A stretch of DNA of 64,000 nt from the human T2T-CHM13v2.0 reference genome, Homo sapiens. The stretch is from NCBI RefSeq assembly GCF_009914755.1, contig NC_060925.1; one strand, 5' to 3'. The translations under genes were made by a program, and so were the position numbers. The notes under the pieces were generated by a model. That model was not told the origin of the DNA, ran no database searches, and saw only the letters and a list, made by a program, of their open reading frames with translations. Below, one piece after another: positions 1 through 15,530 of this stretch. Position 1 is the stretch's first letter. Each line of letters opens with the position of its first letter.

Positions 1-244
1 CTTTTAGAATCAACTTGTCAATTCTACCAAAAAAAGTCCATGAGATTTTGATTGGTATTGTGTTTATTCCATAGATCAATTTGGAATGAAATGATAATGA
101 CACTCTTCCAAATGGTAGATGTTTTATGTCTCTTTGTTTATTCAGGCCTTTTAAAATTTCTCTCAGTTATGTTTTGAAGACTCAAGTGGAGAGGTACTAC
201 AAGTCTTTTAAAAATGTTTATTTCTAAATACTGTATATAGTTTT

Positions 245-1326
245 AAAGTTTTTTAATTTTATGGGTACATAGTAGGTGTATATATTTTCAGGGCACATGA
301 AATATTTTGATACAGGTATACAATGTGTAATAATCACATCAGGGTAAAAGAGGTATCCATCCTCTCAAGCATTTTTCCTTTCTTTATGTTTACAAACATG
401 CTAATTGTACTCTTAGTTATTTATAAATGTATCATAAATTATTGTTAAATGTAGTCATCCTGTTGTGCTATCAAATACCAGAATTTATTCATTCTATCTA
501 ATATTTTTTTGTACCCATTTATCATAACCCTTTACCCCCTCTACTACACTTTCCAGCTTCTGGTAACTGTCATTCTACTCTCCATTTCCCTATGGATTAA
601 ATTGTTTTAACTTTTAGCTCCCACAAATAAATATCTTTCTGTGTCTAGCTTATTTCACTTAATATAATATTCTCCAGTTCCATCAATGTTGTTGCAACTG
701 ACAGGATCTCCTTCTATTTTATGGTTGAATGGTATTCCACTGTGTGTATGTACACGTTTTCTTTATCCATTCCTCTACTGATGGACACTTAGGTTGACTC
801 CAAAATTGGCTATTGTCAATAATGCTGCAATAAACATGGGAGTGCTGAGATCTCTTTGATACACTGATTTGCTTTCTTTTGGGTATACAACTAGCAATGA
901 TATTGCTGGATCATATGGTAGTTTTGTTTTTAGTTTTTTTGAGAAACCCCCATACCATTCTCCATAGTGTTTGTACTAATGTACATTCCCACCCACAGCG
1001 TATGAGAGGTTCCCCTTTCACTACATCCTCACCAGCATTCATTATTGCCTGTCTTTTGGATAAAAGCCATTTGAACTGTGGTGAGATGATATCTCATTGC
1101 GGTTTCGATTTGCAACTCCCTGATGATCAATAATGTTGAGCACATTTTCACATACCTGACTGTCATTCATATTTGAGAAATAGCTATTCGGATCTTTTCA
1201 CTATTTTTAATGGGATTATTAGATTGTTTTCCTATTGAGTTGTTTGAGCACCTTATGTATTCTGGTTATTAATTCCTTCTCAGATAGAAAACTTGAAAAT
1301 ATTTTTTCCTATTATGTGAGTTGTCT
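245..1326 (-). mobile_element. L1MA-type LINE-1 3' end, 5'-truncated
   Basis: 'ttttatgggtacatagtaggtgtatatatt' L1MA 3'UTR followed by antisense ORF2 C-terminus; probable TSD tatagtttt (236-244) / tatggtttt (1327-1335). Confidence 0.85.
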
Positions 1327-2670
1327 TATGGTTTTGATACTGTTATAAAAATCTTTTAATTTTATTGTCCAATTGTATAGAAATATAGATTTTTGTAGAT
1401 TGACCTTATATACTAATACTTTGCTAAATTATTAGTTCAATAAAGTGTTTTAAAAATTTTTTGCAGATTCTTAGTACTTTCTACGTCTATGATCATATTT
1501 TCTGTAAATAAAGACTACTTTATTTCTTCTTCTATCTGTCCTTTTAACCTTGCTTTATTGCATGGGCTAGAATCTTCAATGCAATGGTGAAAAGTAGTGG
1601 TGATATACTTTCCTCATTTTTGTTTTTAAGGGGACAGTGTTTAATGTTTCACCATGGCAGGTTGCTGGCCAAAGGTTTTTCATAGATGCCTTTTATCATA
1701 CTGATAAAATTTACTTTTATTCTTAGATTTCTCAGGATTTTGTTTTTTAAAAATTATGAATATGTGCTTAATTTTGTCAAATGCTTTTTCTGCACCTACT
1801 GAGGTGATCATATAGATCATATATTATCCTCCCTTTTTCTGTTAATTAGTTAAATTACATTGGTTGATTTACAATTATTAAACCATCTTTGCACCCCGGG
1901 AATAAATCCTAGCTGCTTATGATGTATAAACTTTTTATGTAATTCTAGATTTAATTTATTAACAACTTGCTAAAGATTTTTATTTCTATGTTCATGAGGG
2001 ATAGAGGCCTAGAATTCTGTTTTCTTGTAATGCCTTTTCCAAATTTGGTTATGGTTATGCTTACCTATAAAATGTACTGTTTCATATTTTCCCCAAACAT
2101 TTATGCATGAATACATTACTTCTTTCTTAAATGTTTCATAGAATTCATGTGAAACAAACTGGGTTTGGAGTTTTGTTCGTGTAAGGACCCCTATCATTTA
2201 TTTAATTTCTTCAATAGTGCTGGTCTATTCAGAATTTGGTAAGTTGTATTTTCCCAAGGAATATACCCATTTCATCTAGTTGTTGAATTTATTGACATTA
2301 TTTATAATATTCCCTCATTATAATATCTGTAGGACCTATAGATATATTATTAATTTTGTTTCTGGTAGTGGAATTAGTGTTTTTTTTCCATGATCAGTCT
2401 TGCTAGGGGTTAATTTAATTATTTTTCTAATAAACCAGTTTTTCATTTTCTTTTTTTTTTTTTTTAGTATTTCATCTCTTTCCACTTTTATGGTTGCTAT
2501 TTACTTATTTACTTCATTCTACTTACTTTGACTTTAATTTGCTCTTCTTTTTCTGTTTTTGTAATGTGAAAGCTCAGGTCATTAATTATAAACTTTTCTT
2601 CTTGTGTATTAGAAGCATTTAAAGAGTACATTTTCTTCTAATCACCTTTTTAGCTGCATGCTATATGTTG

Positions 2671-3939
2671 TTTATTTCAATTTTAAAAAATTCTGGTAAA
2701 ATACACATAACAAAAACTGACCATCTTAATCATTTTATAATGTACAGTTTGATAATGTTGAGTACATTCACATTCTTGTAAAACAAATCTCCAGAATTCT
2801 TCATCTCACAAAACTGAAACTCTATACTCATTAAATAAAAACTGCCCATCACCCCTACCCCCAGCCCTTGGAAAGCATCATTCTACTTTCTGTCTCTGAT
2901 TTTGACTACTCTAGCTACCTCATATAAGTAGAATCATATAATATTTGTCTTTTTGTGACTGGCTTATTTCAGTTAGCATAATGTCCTCAATGTTAATTCA
3001 TGTTGTAGCATATATCAGAATTTCCTGCCTTTTTAAGACTGAGTAATATTCCATTATAGGTGTATACCCCATTTTGTTTATCTTTTCATTTGTTGATGAG
3101 CAGATATTAGGGTGTTTTCACTCATTGCAGATAATGCTAATATGAACACGAGTATATAACTATTTCTTTGAGACTCTGCTTTCAATTCTTTTGAGTGTAT
3201 ACCCAGAAGTGGAATAGCTGGGTTATATAGTAATTGTATTTTTAGTTTTTTGAGGAACCACTATACTGTTTTCCACAGCTGCTCTACTATTTTCCATTCC
3301 TGTCAACGGTACACAAGGTTTCCAGTTTCTCCATATCCTTGTCAACCCTTTTTTTTTGACAGAAGCCATAATAATGGATGTGTGGTGATATGTCATTGTG
3401 CATTCAATTCGCATTTACCATATGATTAGTAATGCTGAGCACCTTTTTATGTGTTTATTGGACATTGATCTATCTTCTTTGAGAAATAGCTATTCTTTTG
3501 TCCATTTTTAAATTTTGACTGTTCATTTTTTATTGTTGAATTACAGTTCCTTTATATATTCTGTATATTAACCCCTTATCGGATATGACTTGCAAATATT
3601 TTCTTGCATTCCATGAGTTGCCTTTTACACTGTTAATTGTGTCTTCTGATGCATAGACATTTTAAATTTTGACATAGTCAAATTTATCTACATTACTGTT
3701 ATTTCTTGTGCTTTTAGTGTCATATCCAAAAAATCACTGCTGAATCTAATAAAATGAAGCTTTTTTCCTTATGCTTTCTTAGAGGAATTTTATAGTTTTA
3801 TCTCATATGTTTAGGTCTTTGATCCATTTTGAATTAATTTTTGTATATGACGCAAAGCAAAAGTCCAGCTTCATTCTTTTGTATGTGGATATCCAGTTTT
3901 CCCAGCACTATTAGAAAGACTGCCTTTCCCTGTTGAATG
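2671..3939 (-). mobile_element. L1MB-type LINE-1 3' end, 5'-truncated
   Basis: 'ggtaaaatacacataacaaaaactgaccatcttaatcatttt' L1MB-like 3'UTR; ORF 3223-3414(-) translates as degenerate ORF2 C-terminus. Confidence 0.85.
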
Positions 3940-4447
3940 ATATATTTTATATGTTTTAATGTGTCATATTTTTATTATTAGTTTCTTCTGGATATTTTCT
4001 AATTTCTTTCATGATGTTGTTTTTTAGGCAAAAGATATATTAATATATCACTATATTGTAAAGATATAATAAAGGTTAATAAAGATATAGTGAAATCACA
4101 TTTTTTATACTTATTGTTTGCATGGTATAACTTTTCTCATTCTTTTATTCTTAATATATTTGTGTCTTTATATGAAAAGTGAGCTTCTTGTGCATAACCT
4201 GTAGCTGATTCTTACTGTTTTATCCAGTCTCACAGCCTCTGCCTTTTAATTAGAGTGCATAGTCTATTTATATTTAATATGATAATTGATATGATTGTGT
4301 TAAGTTTATCATCTTACTATTTGTTTTTAAGTTATCTCAGTTGATTTTTCATCCTCTGTTTAGCTTTTCCTATCTTCTTTTGTGTTAATTGAATCATTCT
4401 TTGTTTTCCATTTTAATTTCTTAACTGACTCTTTTTCTACATGCCAT

Positions 4448-6739
4448 TGATATGGTTTGGCTATGTTCCCACCCAAATCTCATCTTGAATTGTAACTCCC
4501 ACAATTCCCACGTGTCATCCGAGGAATCCATTGGGAGATGATTGAGTTATGGGGAGTGGGGAGTCTTTCCTGTGCTGTTTTCATAATAGTGAATAAGTCT
4601 CATGAGATCTGATGGTTTTAAAAAAGAGAAGTTCCCTGCACAATGTTTCTTTTTGCCTGCCACCATCCACATAAAATGTGACTTGCTCTTCCTTGCCTTT
4701 CACCATGATTGTGATGCTTCCCCAGCCACGTGGAACTGTAAGTCCAATTAAACTTCTTTCTTTTGTAAGTTGCCCAGTCTTGGGTATTTCTTTATCAGCA
4801 GCGTGAAAATGACTAATACAGTAAATTGGTACCAGGAGTTGGGTGCTGCTGAAAAGATACTCGAAAACGTGGAAGCAACTTTGGAACTGGGTAACAGGCA
4901 GAGGAGGGAACAGTTTGGAGGGCTCAGAAGAAGTCAGAAAAATGTGGGAACATTTGGAACTTCCTGGAGACTTCCAGAATGGCTTTGACCAGAAGGCTGA
5001 TAGTGGTATGGACAATAAGGTCCAGGCTGAGGTGGTCTCAGATAGAGATGAGGAACTTGTTGGGAACTGGAACAAAGGTGACCCTTATTATGTTTTATCA
5101 AAGAGACTGGTGGCATTTTGCCCCCACCCTAGAGATTTGTGGAACTTTGAACTTGAGAGAGATGATTTATGGTTTCTGGTGGAAGAAATTTCTAAGCAGC
5201 AAAGCATTCAAGAAGTGACTTGGGTACTGTTAAAGGCATTCAGTTTTATAAGGGAAGCAGAGCATGAAAGTTTGGAAAGTTTGCAGCCTGACAAAGTGAT
5301 AGAAAAAGAAATCCCATTTTTCTGAGGCGAAACTCAAGCTGACTGCAGAAATTTGCATAAGTAACAAGGAGCTGAATGTTAATCCCCAAGACAATGTCTC
5401 CAGGCCATGCCAGAGACATTGACGGCAGCCCCTCTCATCACAGTCCCAGAGGCTTAGGAGAAAAGATTGTTTCATGGGCCGGGTCCAGGGTCCCTCTGCT
5501 GTGTTCAGTCTAGGGATTTTGTGCACTGCACCCCAGCCGCTCCTGCCATGGACAAAAGGGGCCAACACAAAACTCGAGCTGTGGCTTCAGAGGGTGCAAA
5601 CCCCAAGCCTTGGCAGTTTCCACGTGGTGTTGAGCCTGCGAGTGCACAGAAGTGAAGAAGTGGGGTTTGGGAACTTCTGTCTAGATTTCATAGGATGTAT
5701 GGAAATGCCTGGATGCCCAGGCAGAAGTTTGCTGCAGGGGTGGTGCCCTCATAGAGAACCTCTGCTAGGGAAGTGCAGGAGGAAAATGTGGGGTTGGAGC
5801 CCCCACACAGAGTCCCTACTGGGGCACCACTTAGTGGAGCTGTGAGAAGAGGGCCATCATCCTCCAGACCCCAGAATGGTAGATCCACCAACGGCTCGCA
5901 CCATGTGTCTGGAAAAGCCGCAGACGCTGATGCCAGCCTGTGAAAGCAACTGGGAGGAAGCCTGTACCCCACAAAGCAAGAGGGGCAGAGCTTCCCAAGA
6001 CAGTGGAAATCCACCTCTTGCATCACCATAACCTGGATGTGAGACATAGAGTCAAAGGAGATCATTCTGGAGCTTTAATATTTGACTGCCTCACTGAATT
6101 TCTAACTTGCATGGGGCCCCTAGCCCCTTAGTTTTAGCCAATTTCTCCCATTTGAAATGGGTGCATTTACCCAATGCCTGTACCTCCATTGTATCTAGGA
6201 AGTAACTAACTTGCTTCTTAATTTTACAGGCTCATACATGGAAGGGACTTGCCTTGTGTCGAATGAGACTTTGGACTATGGACTTTTGAGTTGATGAAAT
6301 GAGTTAAGATTTTGGGGGACTGTTGACAAGGCATGATTGGTTTTGAGATGTGAGGATATGAGATTTGGGAGGGGCTAGGGGTGGCATGATATAGTTTGGC
6401 TGTGTCCCCACCCAAACCTCATCTTGAATTGTAACTCCCGCAATTCCCATGTGTCATGGGAGGAACCTGGTGGGAGGTGATTGAATTATGGGGGCAGGTC
6501 TTTTCTGCACTGTTCTCATGATAGTGAATTAGTCTCATGAGATCTGATGGTTTTAAAAAAGAGGAGTTCCCCTGCACAATCTCTCTCTTTTTGCCTGCCA
6601 CCATCCACATAAGATGTGACTTGCTCCTCCTTGCCTTCCACTGCCACATGGAACTGTAAGTCCAATTAAACCTCTTTCTTTTGTAAAATGCTCAGTCTCA
6701 GGTAGGTCTCTATCAGCAGCTTGAAAATGGTCTAATACA
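4448..6739 (+). mobile_element. Full-length THE1 (MaLR, THE1A/B-like) LTR retroelement: 5' LTR 4448-4820, internal 4821-6386, 3' LTR 6387-6739
   Basis: Two homologous TG...CA LTRs (tgatat(g/a)gtttggct ... ctaataca); THE1-int start 'gtaaattggtacca'; polypurine tract before the 3' LTR; 5-bp TSD gccat/gccgt. Confidence 0.96.
4843..5325 (+). pseudogene. Remnant of the THE1 internal (MaLR) ORF
   Basis: WKQLWNWVTGRG..SLEGSEE.RKMWE.LELP is the typical THE1-int reading frame; ends prematurely. Confidence 0.75.
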
Positions 6740-6964
6740 GCCGTTATATTTGCTTTTTAGTGGTTATGCTAGGGATTATAATATGCATTCTTAATAAAAG
6801 AATAATACATTAGCTCATGTAAAATGTAAAAAGCTAACAACAGTAAAATTGCATTTCCTCTTATCCTTTCTAATACTGTTTTAATATATTTAACTCTATA
6901 ATACAATGTTATTTTCTTTGCTTTAAACCATCAACTGCCTTTCAAAGACATTAAGAGAAGAAAA

Positions 6965-7270
6965 GGCCGGGCGTGGTGGCTAACACCTGTAATCTCAGCA
7001 CTATGGGAGGCCGAGGAGGGTGGATCATCTGAGGTCAGGAGTTCAAGACCATCCTGGCCAATGTGGCGAAACCCTGTCTCTACTAAGCAACAGAAAAATT
7101 AGCCAGGCATGGTGGCGGGTGCCTGTCATCCCAGCTACTTGAGAGACTTGAGGCAGGGAGAATTGCTTGAACCCAGGAGGCAGAGGTTGTAGTGAGCTGA
7201 GATTGTGCCACTGCACTCCAGCTTGTGCAACAGAATGAGACTCCATCAAAAAAAAAAAAAAAAAAAAAAA
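6965..7270 (+). mobile_element. Alu (AluS-type)
   Basis: Dimeric Alu, poly-A tail, TSD aagagaagaaaa. Confidence 0.96.
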
Positions 7271-7483
7271 GAAGAGAAGAAAACAGAAAACAGTCTTTTA
7301 TATTTACCCACATACTTATCATTTCTGGTGTCCTTCATTTCTTCTGGTATATCGAAGTTCTCATCTAGTGTTATTTCCATTCCTCTAAACAATTTTACCT
7401 GTTTACTTCTGTTAATGTACATCTGCTGGGGCTGAAGGTCCTCAACTTTTATTTCTTTGAAAATGTCTTTAGTTGACCTTTAC

Positions 7484-7780
<297 letters not shown>

Positions 7781-8382
7781 AACCCTTACTTTTAATGTGT
7801 AGTTTTCACTGGATATAAAATTTTGTGTTGACAGCTTTTTTTATTTAAGCATTTTAAAGGTGCCATTCAATTGTTTCTGATAAATAGCAGCCCTCAGTAA
7901 TATTACTGCCTATTCTATGAGAAATGTCTTTGTCTGTCTTCTTTTAAGATTTTATCTTTTTCTTTGACTACCAGCATTCTGACTATGATGTATAAGTCAA
8001 GTGTGGTTCTCATTGTATTTACCCTGCTTAAGGTTTGCTGAGCAATGGGGTATGTGATTTAAAAAAAAAAGTTATTGTATATTTTTAAGGTATACAACAT
8101 AAGGTTGTGAGATACATAAATACAGTATAAAATGGTTACTACAGTGAGGCAAATTGACATATCTATCATGTTATCTTACATAGTCACCTTTTAGTTTTGT
8201 GGTAAGAGCAGCTAAAATCTATTCATTTAGTAAGAATCGTGAATACAATATAATATCAGTAACTATAGTCCTCATGTTGCACGTTAAATATCTAGGCTTG
8301 TCCATCCTACATATCTACTACTTTGTATCCTTTGACCTACATCTCCCCATTCTCTCTCTCCTCCCACCTCTGCCCTTGGTGA

Positions 8383-8685
<303 letters not shown>

Positions 8686-8863
8686 TAGATATCTTTATGA
8701 AGTGGTAATTTCACTCTCTTTGGGTATATACCCAGAAGAGGCATTGTTGGGTCATATGGCAGTCCTATTTTAAGTTTCTTTAGCAACCTCCACACTTTTT
8801 TGTAACAGGTGCACGAATCTACACAATCGAATTCCTACCAACAGTGTACAAGAATCCCTTCTT

Positions 8864-9243
<380 letters not shown>

Positions 9244-9259
9244 TGATATCTTATATTGC

Positions 9260-9562
9260 TTTTTTTGTTGTTGTTTTCTTGAGACAGAATCTTGCTCTGT
9301 CACCCAGGCTGGAGTGCAGTGGCACTATCTCGGTTTATTGTAGCCTGTGCCTCCCGGATTCCAGAGATTGTCTTGCCTCAGCCTCCTGGGTAGCTGGGAT
9401 TACAGGCCCACACCACCATGCCCAGCTAATCTTTGTATTTTTAGTAGAGGTGGGGTTTCACCATGTTGGCCAGGCTGGTCTCGGTCTCCAGACCTCAGGT
9501 GATCTGCCTGCCTCAGCCTCCCAAAGTGCTGGTATTACAGGCATGAGCCACAACACCCAGCC
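9260..9562 (-). mobile_element. Alu (AluS-type)
   Basis: Antisense dimer; TSD-like atattg(g)ctttt. Confidence 0.95.
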
Positions 9563-12339
9563 TCATATTGGCTTTTATTTGCATTTCCCTGATGATTGGT
9601 GATTTTGAGCACTTTTTCATATAACTGTTGGCCATTTTTATGTCTTTTTTTGGAGAAATGTCTATTCAGGTCCTTTGCAGTTTTTTTTTTAAATTGAATT
9701 ATTTGTTTTTCTGCTATTGAGTTGTGTGTGTTTTTTAAATACAAATTTTGGATATTAACCCTTCATCAGACATGTAGTTTGCAAATATTTTCTTCCAATC
9801 TGTAGGTTGCCTTTTCATTTTAGTTGTTTCCTTTTCTGTGCAGAAGACTTTTAGTTTAATGTAGTCCCATTTATTTATTTTTGCTTTTGTAGCTTGAGTT
9901 TGGTTATGATAGCCAAAAAATTGTTGACAAGGCTTATTTCAAGATTTTATTGAAGCATATAATTTAATATTTTTATTGAATTGGGATGATTTCAGCCATT
10001 ATTTCTTCATATTTCTTGTCCTATCCCATTCACTCTCTAGTCACTCTCTACTCTTCCACTGAGACTCCAAGTACTCAAAATGCCGGCCTGATTGACACAA
10101 CCTCATGGGTACTGGGGGGTTTGTTCATTTATTTTTAATGTATTTTTCTTGTCTTCTTTAGATTACATCATTTTGTTGTTTTATCTTCAAGCTTAGTACT
10201 CCTTCATTTTGTAATTTTCTATTTGTTCTTCAGACCATACAGAAATGTTTTCTTTTAAATTATTGTTTCTTTCAATTCTAGAATTTCCATTTGGTTCTTC
10301 ACGGATTCCGTTTCTTCTAGATTCCTCATCTGTTATTCATTATGACCACTTTTTCTTTGTTAGAACATGTCTTTGGTCATATTCTAACATTTTCTGTATA
10401 TATCTTGTCTGCTAATTATAATATCTGGTTCATCTCAATATGAGGTTTTTGATTCCCTCTCAAACATGGCTTCATGTTTTTCTGCTTCTTTCCATATCTG
10501 GTAATTTTTATGGTATGCTGGACAGTGTAAATGATATGATTTACAGTCTAGATTATTTATTTTTCTTTAAAGAGATTGTATACTGTTCTGTGAGATCCTT
10601 TGTTCCTGTCAGGCTTTGTTACTTTTTGCGTGGGCAGGCCTCGTTCTGATGTGAACAAGTGCTATTCATGAGGCTCTCATTTCAGGCATGATCTTTACTA
10701 CTAAACTGTGGTTTTTGGGGATTTCAATGGAAAGCCCAATGTGCTAGGTGAGGTCTTTTCACTCAGGCTTGATGAGCTGCTTAATGTTTTTTACACAGCA
10801 TCATCTCTGGTATTACTCTTCAGCTCTCAGACCCATAGGAAAAAGTCCCTATTAGGTTTCACAAAGCCTCTCTCTGGGTGTATGTTTCTCAAAACTCACT
10901 CAGGAAGCTGCAGAGAATCCCTACCTAGACTTCTGGGATTCTCTCTGTGTGTAACTCTATTCTCTCTGGTACTTTGTCCTGAAAAATTCCAGCTTCTTTA
11001 AAAGCTTAGAATTCTAATGTCTGCCTCTTCTGCTCAGCTAGACCTCTGCTAATCTTGGGCTCTAACTCCCTTCACCATGACAGGTAAATGGTTCAGGCAG
11101 GAAGGCGAGAAAATCATGGGAATCATCTGGTGTGTTTTCATTCTCTTAAGGATCACAGTTCTGTTCTACTTATTGCTCAATGCCTGAAAATACATGTTTC
11201 ATACATTTTGTCCAGTTTTACAGTTGTTTTTCAGTGGAAGGACAAGTCTAGTGTCAGTTATCATCCCATGGTGAAAAACAGAAGCCTCATTCTATTTTCC
11301 AAATAGATATCATACCATGATCTGGTTTTTATAGTTATTATGTAAAACCAATATGTATATTTGTAGGGAAAAACATCTTTTTCTTAATCAGTATTAATCA
11401 GTCTTCCCCAGACTCTGAAAAGTTTAGTCTGTTTGTGAGAGAACAGTGCCCAAAGAGTACAGTATTAGATTTTACAACTTCATCCAAAAGAAATAGTTCT
11501 TATTTAATTAGACATAAATCTAAGGTCTTACGTGGTAGGATGATATCACAATATAAATTGTTAATAAATTTCCTTGGATAAGGAGTTAGATAGAAAACAA
11601 TGAATTGAGGGCAGAGGAGACAGGAAAAATGTCAGATTATTACGTTTTAGCTAGCTGTAATAAATGTGTCCTTTCATTCTCCTAATATAAGGACAAAGCC
11701 CCAAATAAGTGAAGCTCTAAATAAAATGACAGCTTTTCAGATGTCTTTGCATCCCACTAGTGAAGTGAGGAAATCCAGAAGTGAATCCTGTTGTTTTCCA
11801 AAGTGTAGCTGACATTCCTTTGATGTTAAAAAGTAAAATAAAAACAAAAACCCATTGTCAGGTATGCCATCCAGGATGAACTGGTGACTTATTTGGAATG
11901 CTAGTTAAATTATTTGAAATGCCACAATTTCTGTGGCTTTCTTTTAGGTTTACATTCTTTATAGTTACATTTTCATGGCTCAATTACCAGACCAATTATA
12001 GTTTTCTCTTTTTATTTGTTCTGTTTTATTGTCACTCAGGACAGGAAAAAAGAATGTTGGTGACAGTCATCTTATTTATGGAAGGCTTTCAACATTACTA
12101 ATTAGAATGCTCTTCAGAAAGTTGACTTGCCAATGACATACTGTAAAAACTTTTCAGATTAGAATCTTCATAGCAATGGAAATATTTCCTACAAATGGAA
12201 ATATACAAATGTGAGCTGACTTGCTGAAAAGAGATCGCCTTTAGGAATAGGTCTTAGATCCATTGATTCTTTTTTAAGATTTTCATCATTGACATGGAGA
12301 ATGGAGCATACTTCTGGGTGTTACGAAAAAAGCAATTTA

Positions 12340-13046
<707 letters not shown>

Positions 13047-14017
13047 TCAATGTTTGAATTAGATTGCACTATGGTTAATCATCTTGAATTTGTTCTGAAA
13101 AAGATATAAAATGTAAAAGCATATATCATAGTCCATCCAGTGATCATGGGCAGGTATAGCATGAGAGAATTAAGAGCCAGGTGCCATAACATTGAGAACA
13201 CGTGCAATAGTAGTGTAAAAAGAGGAAGGTATCCACACAGGGCTGGAAAGAGAATAATCATTCTCAATACCAAGCTAATTTTGAAACTATGACTTTTTAT
13301 GAGGTGAGAAAAACAGGGAATAAATTCACATTTGAAAGTCTGCTCAGAATGTTGTCTTTATGTTTTTAGAGATACTGGGCATTGTCTGAGAAGTCATTTA
13401 TATTTAAAAGTGTGTCTAGTAGTTGTCATCCTATTCATATTTTTTCCTAAAGCATGGACTACTTGAATTTTTCACCTGTAAATTTAGTCCTGCCTGTAGC
13501 TCTTAGGACAATATACTAATGTCTCAGTGTCCCATCCCTTAAAAGGGAGAAAAGTCAGATAAAGTTCCAGATTGAGGATTGCCTCATGATGGACTGGCCA
13601 TGGCAAGAATATCAAGGTGATAAAGAAGTAAGGAGAGCCAAGGGGTAAGTCCTAGCCTGGGAAAGGAGGTTGAAATGTGGAGGGAGAGGAACAAGATCAT
13701 AAAAAAAGTTGATATAAGAGATAGGCCCTGGGGAGATTAAATGCCAAGGAGATCTGAGGAGGTCTTTGACTATTGCCTCATCACGTTTATGGTTACACAG
13801 CAATCCGATGGGTATGTTGGGCTGGCTTAAAATCAAGAAGGATAGTGTCTGAGATTCACCATCATCAGTCTTGCTGCTAAGTCTAGCTCTGACCTCTGAT
13901 TCTCCTGGTCAAATAATTGGGCAACTGTTTTCTTTCTGACTTCAGCGCTGCCTCTCAGTTTTAGTTTGGTATCTGGGAACTTACTACCACAGACTTCTCT
14001 CCTACCACTTACCATTC

Positions 14018-15530
14018 TTTTTTAAAAATATTTTATTTTATTTTAAGGTCTGGGATACATGTCCAGGATGTGCAGGTTAGAGAGGTAAAAGTGTGCCATG
14101 GTGGTTTGCTGCACATATCAACCCTAGGTATTAAGCCCCACATGTATTAGCTATTTATCTTGATGCTCTGTCTCCCCCTGACCCCCCAAAAGGCCCTAAT
14201 GCATGTTGTTCCCCACCCCCCCCCGCCCCGTGTCCATGTGTTCTCATTGTTCAGCTCCCACTTATGAGCGAGAACATGTGGTGTTTGGTTTTCTGTTCCT
14301 GTGTTAGTTTGCTGAGGATAATGGCTTCCAGCTTCATCCAAGGCCCTATAAAGGGCATAATCTCATTCCTCTTTATGGCTGCATAGTATTCCGTGGTGTA
14401 TATATACCACATTTTCTTTATTCAGTCTATCATTGATGGGCATTTGGGTTGATTCCATGTCTTTGCTATTGTCAATAGTGCTGCAATAAACACACACGTG
14501 CATGTATCTTTATAATAGAATGATTTCTATTCCTTTGGGTATATACTCAGTAATGGGGATTGCTGGATCAAATGGTATTTCTGGTTCTAGATCCTTGAGA
14601 AAAGGCCACACTGTCTTCCACAACAGTTGTGTAGTACAGTTTGAAGTCAGGTAGCATGATGTATCCAGCTTTGTTCTTTTTGCTTAGGATTGTCTTGGCT
14701 ATATGGGCTCTTTTTTGGTTCTACAAGAATTTTAAAGTAGTTTTTTTTCTAATTCTGTGAAGAATGTCAATGGTACTTTAATGGGAATACCATTGAATCT
14801 ATAAATTACTTTGGGCAGTGTGGCCATTTTCACAATATTGATTCTTCCTATCCATGAGCATGGAATTTTTTCCATTTGTTTGTGTCCTCTCTTATTTCCT
14901 TGAACAGTGGTTTATAGTTCTCCTTGAAGAGGTCCTTCACATTCCTTGTTAGCTCTATTCCTAGGTATTTTATTCTCCTTGTAGCAATTGTGAATGGGAG
15001 TTCATTCATGATTTGGCTCTCTGTCTATTGTTGGTGTATAGGAATGCTTGTGATTTTCACACATTCATTTTGTATCCTGAGACTTTGCTGAAGTTGCTTA
15101 TCAGCTTAAGGAGCTTTTGGGCTGAGATGATGGGGTTTTCTAAATATAGGATCATGTCGTTTACAAACAGAGACAATTTGACTTCCTTTCTTCTTATTTG
15201 AATGCCATTTATTCCTTTCTCTTTCCTGATTGCCCTGGCCAGAACGTCCAATACTAGGTCAAATAGGAGTGGTGAGAGAGGGCATCCTTGTCTTGTGCTG
15301 GTTTTCACAGGGAATGCTACCAGCTTTTGCTCATTCTGTATGATATTGGCTGTGGGTTTGTCATAAATGGCTGTTGTTATTTTGAGGTATGTTCCATCAA
15401 TACCCAGTTTACTGAGTTTACATGTTAAAATACCTATTTTTTTTTAACATGAAGGGATGTTGAATTTTATTTAAGGCCTTTTTTTGTTGTTGTTTGCATC
15501 TATTGAGATAATCACATGGTTTTTGTGTAT
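14018..15530 (-). mobile_element. Older L1PA-type LINE-1 3' portion, 5'-truncated, with internal deletion
   Basis: L1PA 3'UTR with C-tract; ORF 15057-15308(-) gives RT motifs [11 protein letters not shown] and [13 protein letters not shown]. Confidence 0.93.

Noticed and set aside
4581-6649. Cluster of overlapping 60-164 aa ORFs
   Set aside because: All lie within the THE1 element
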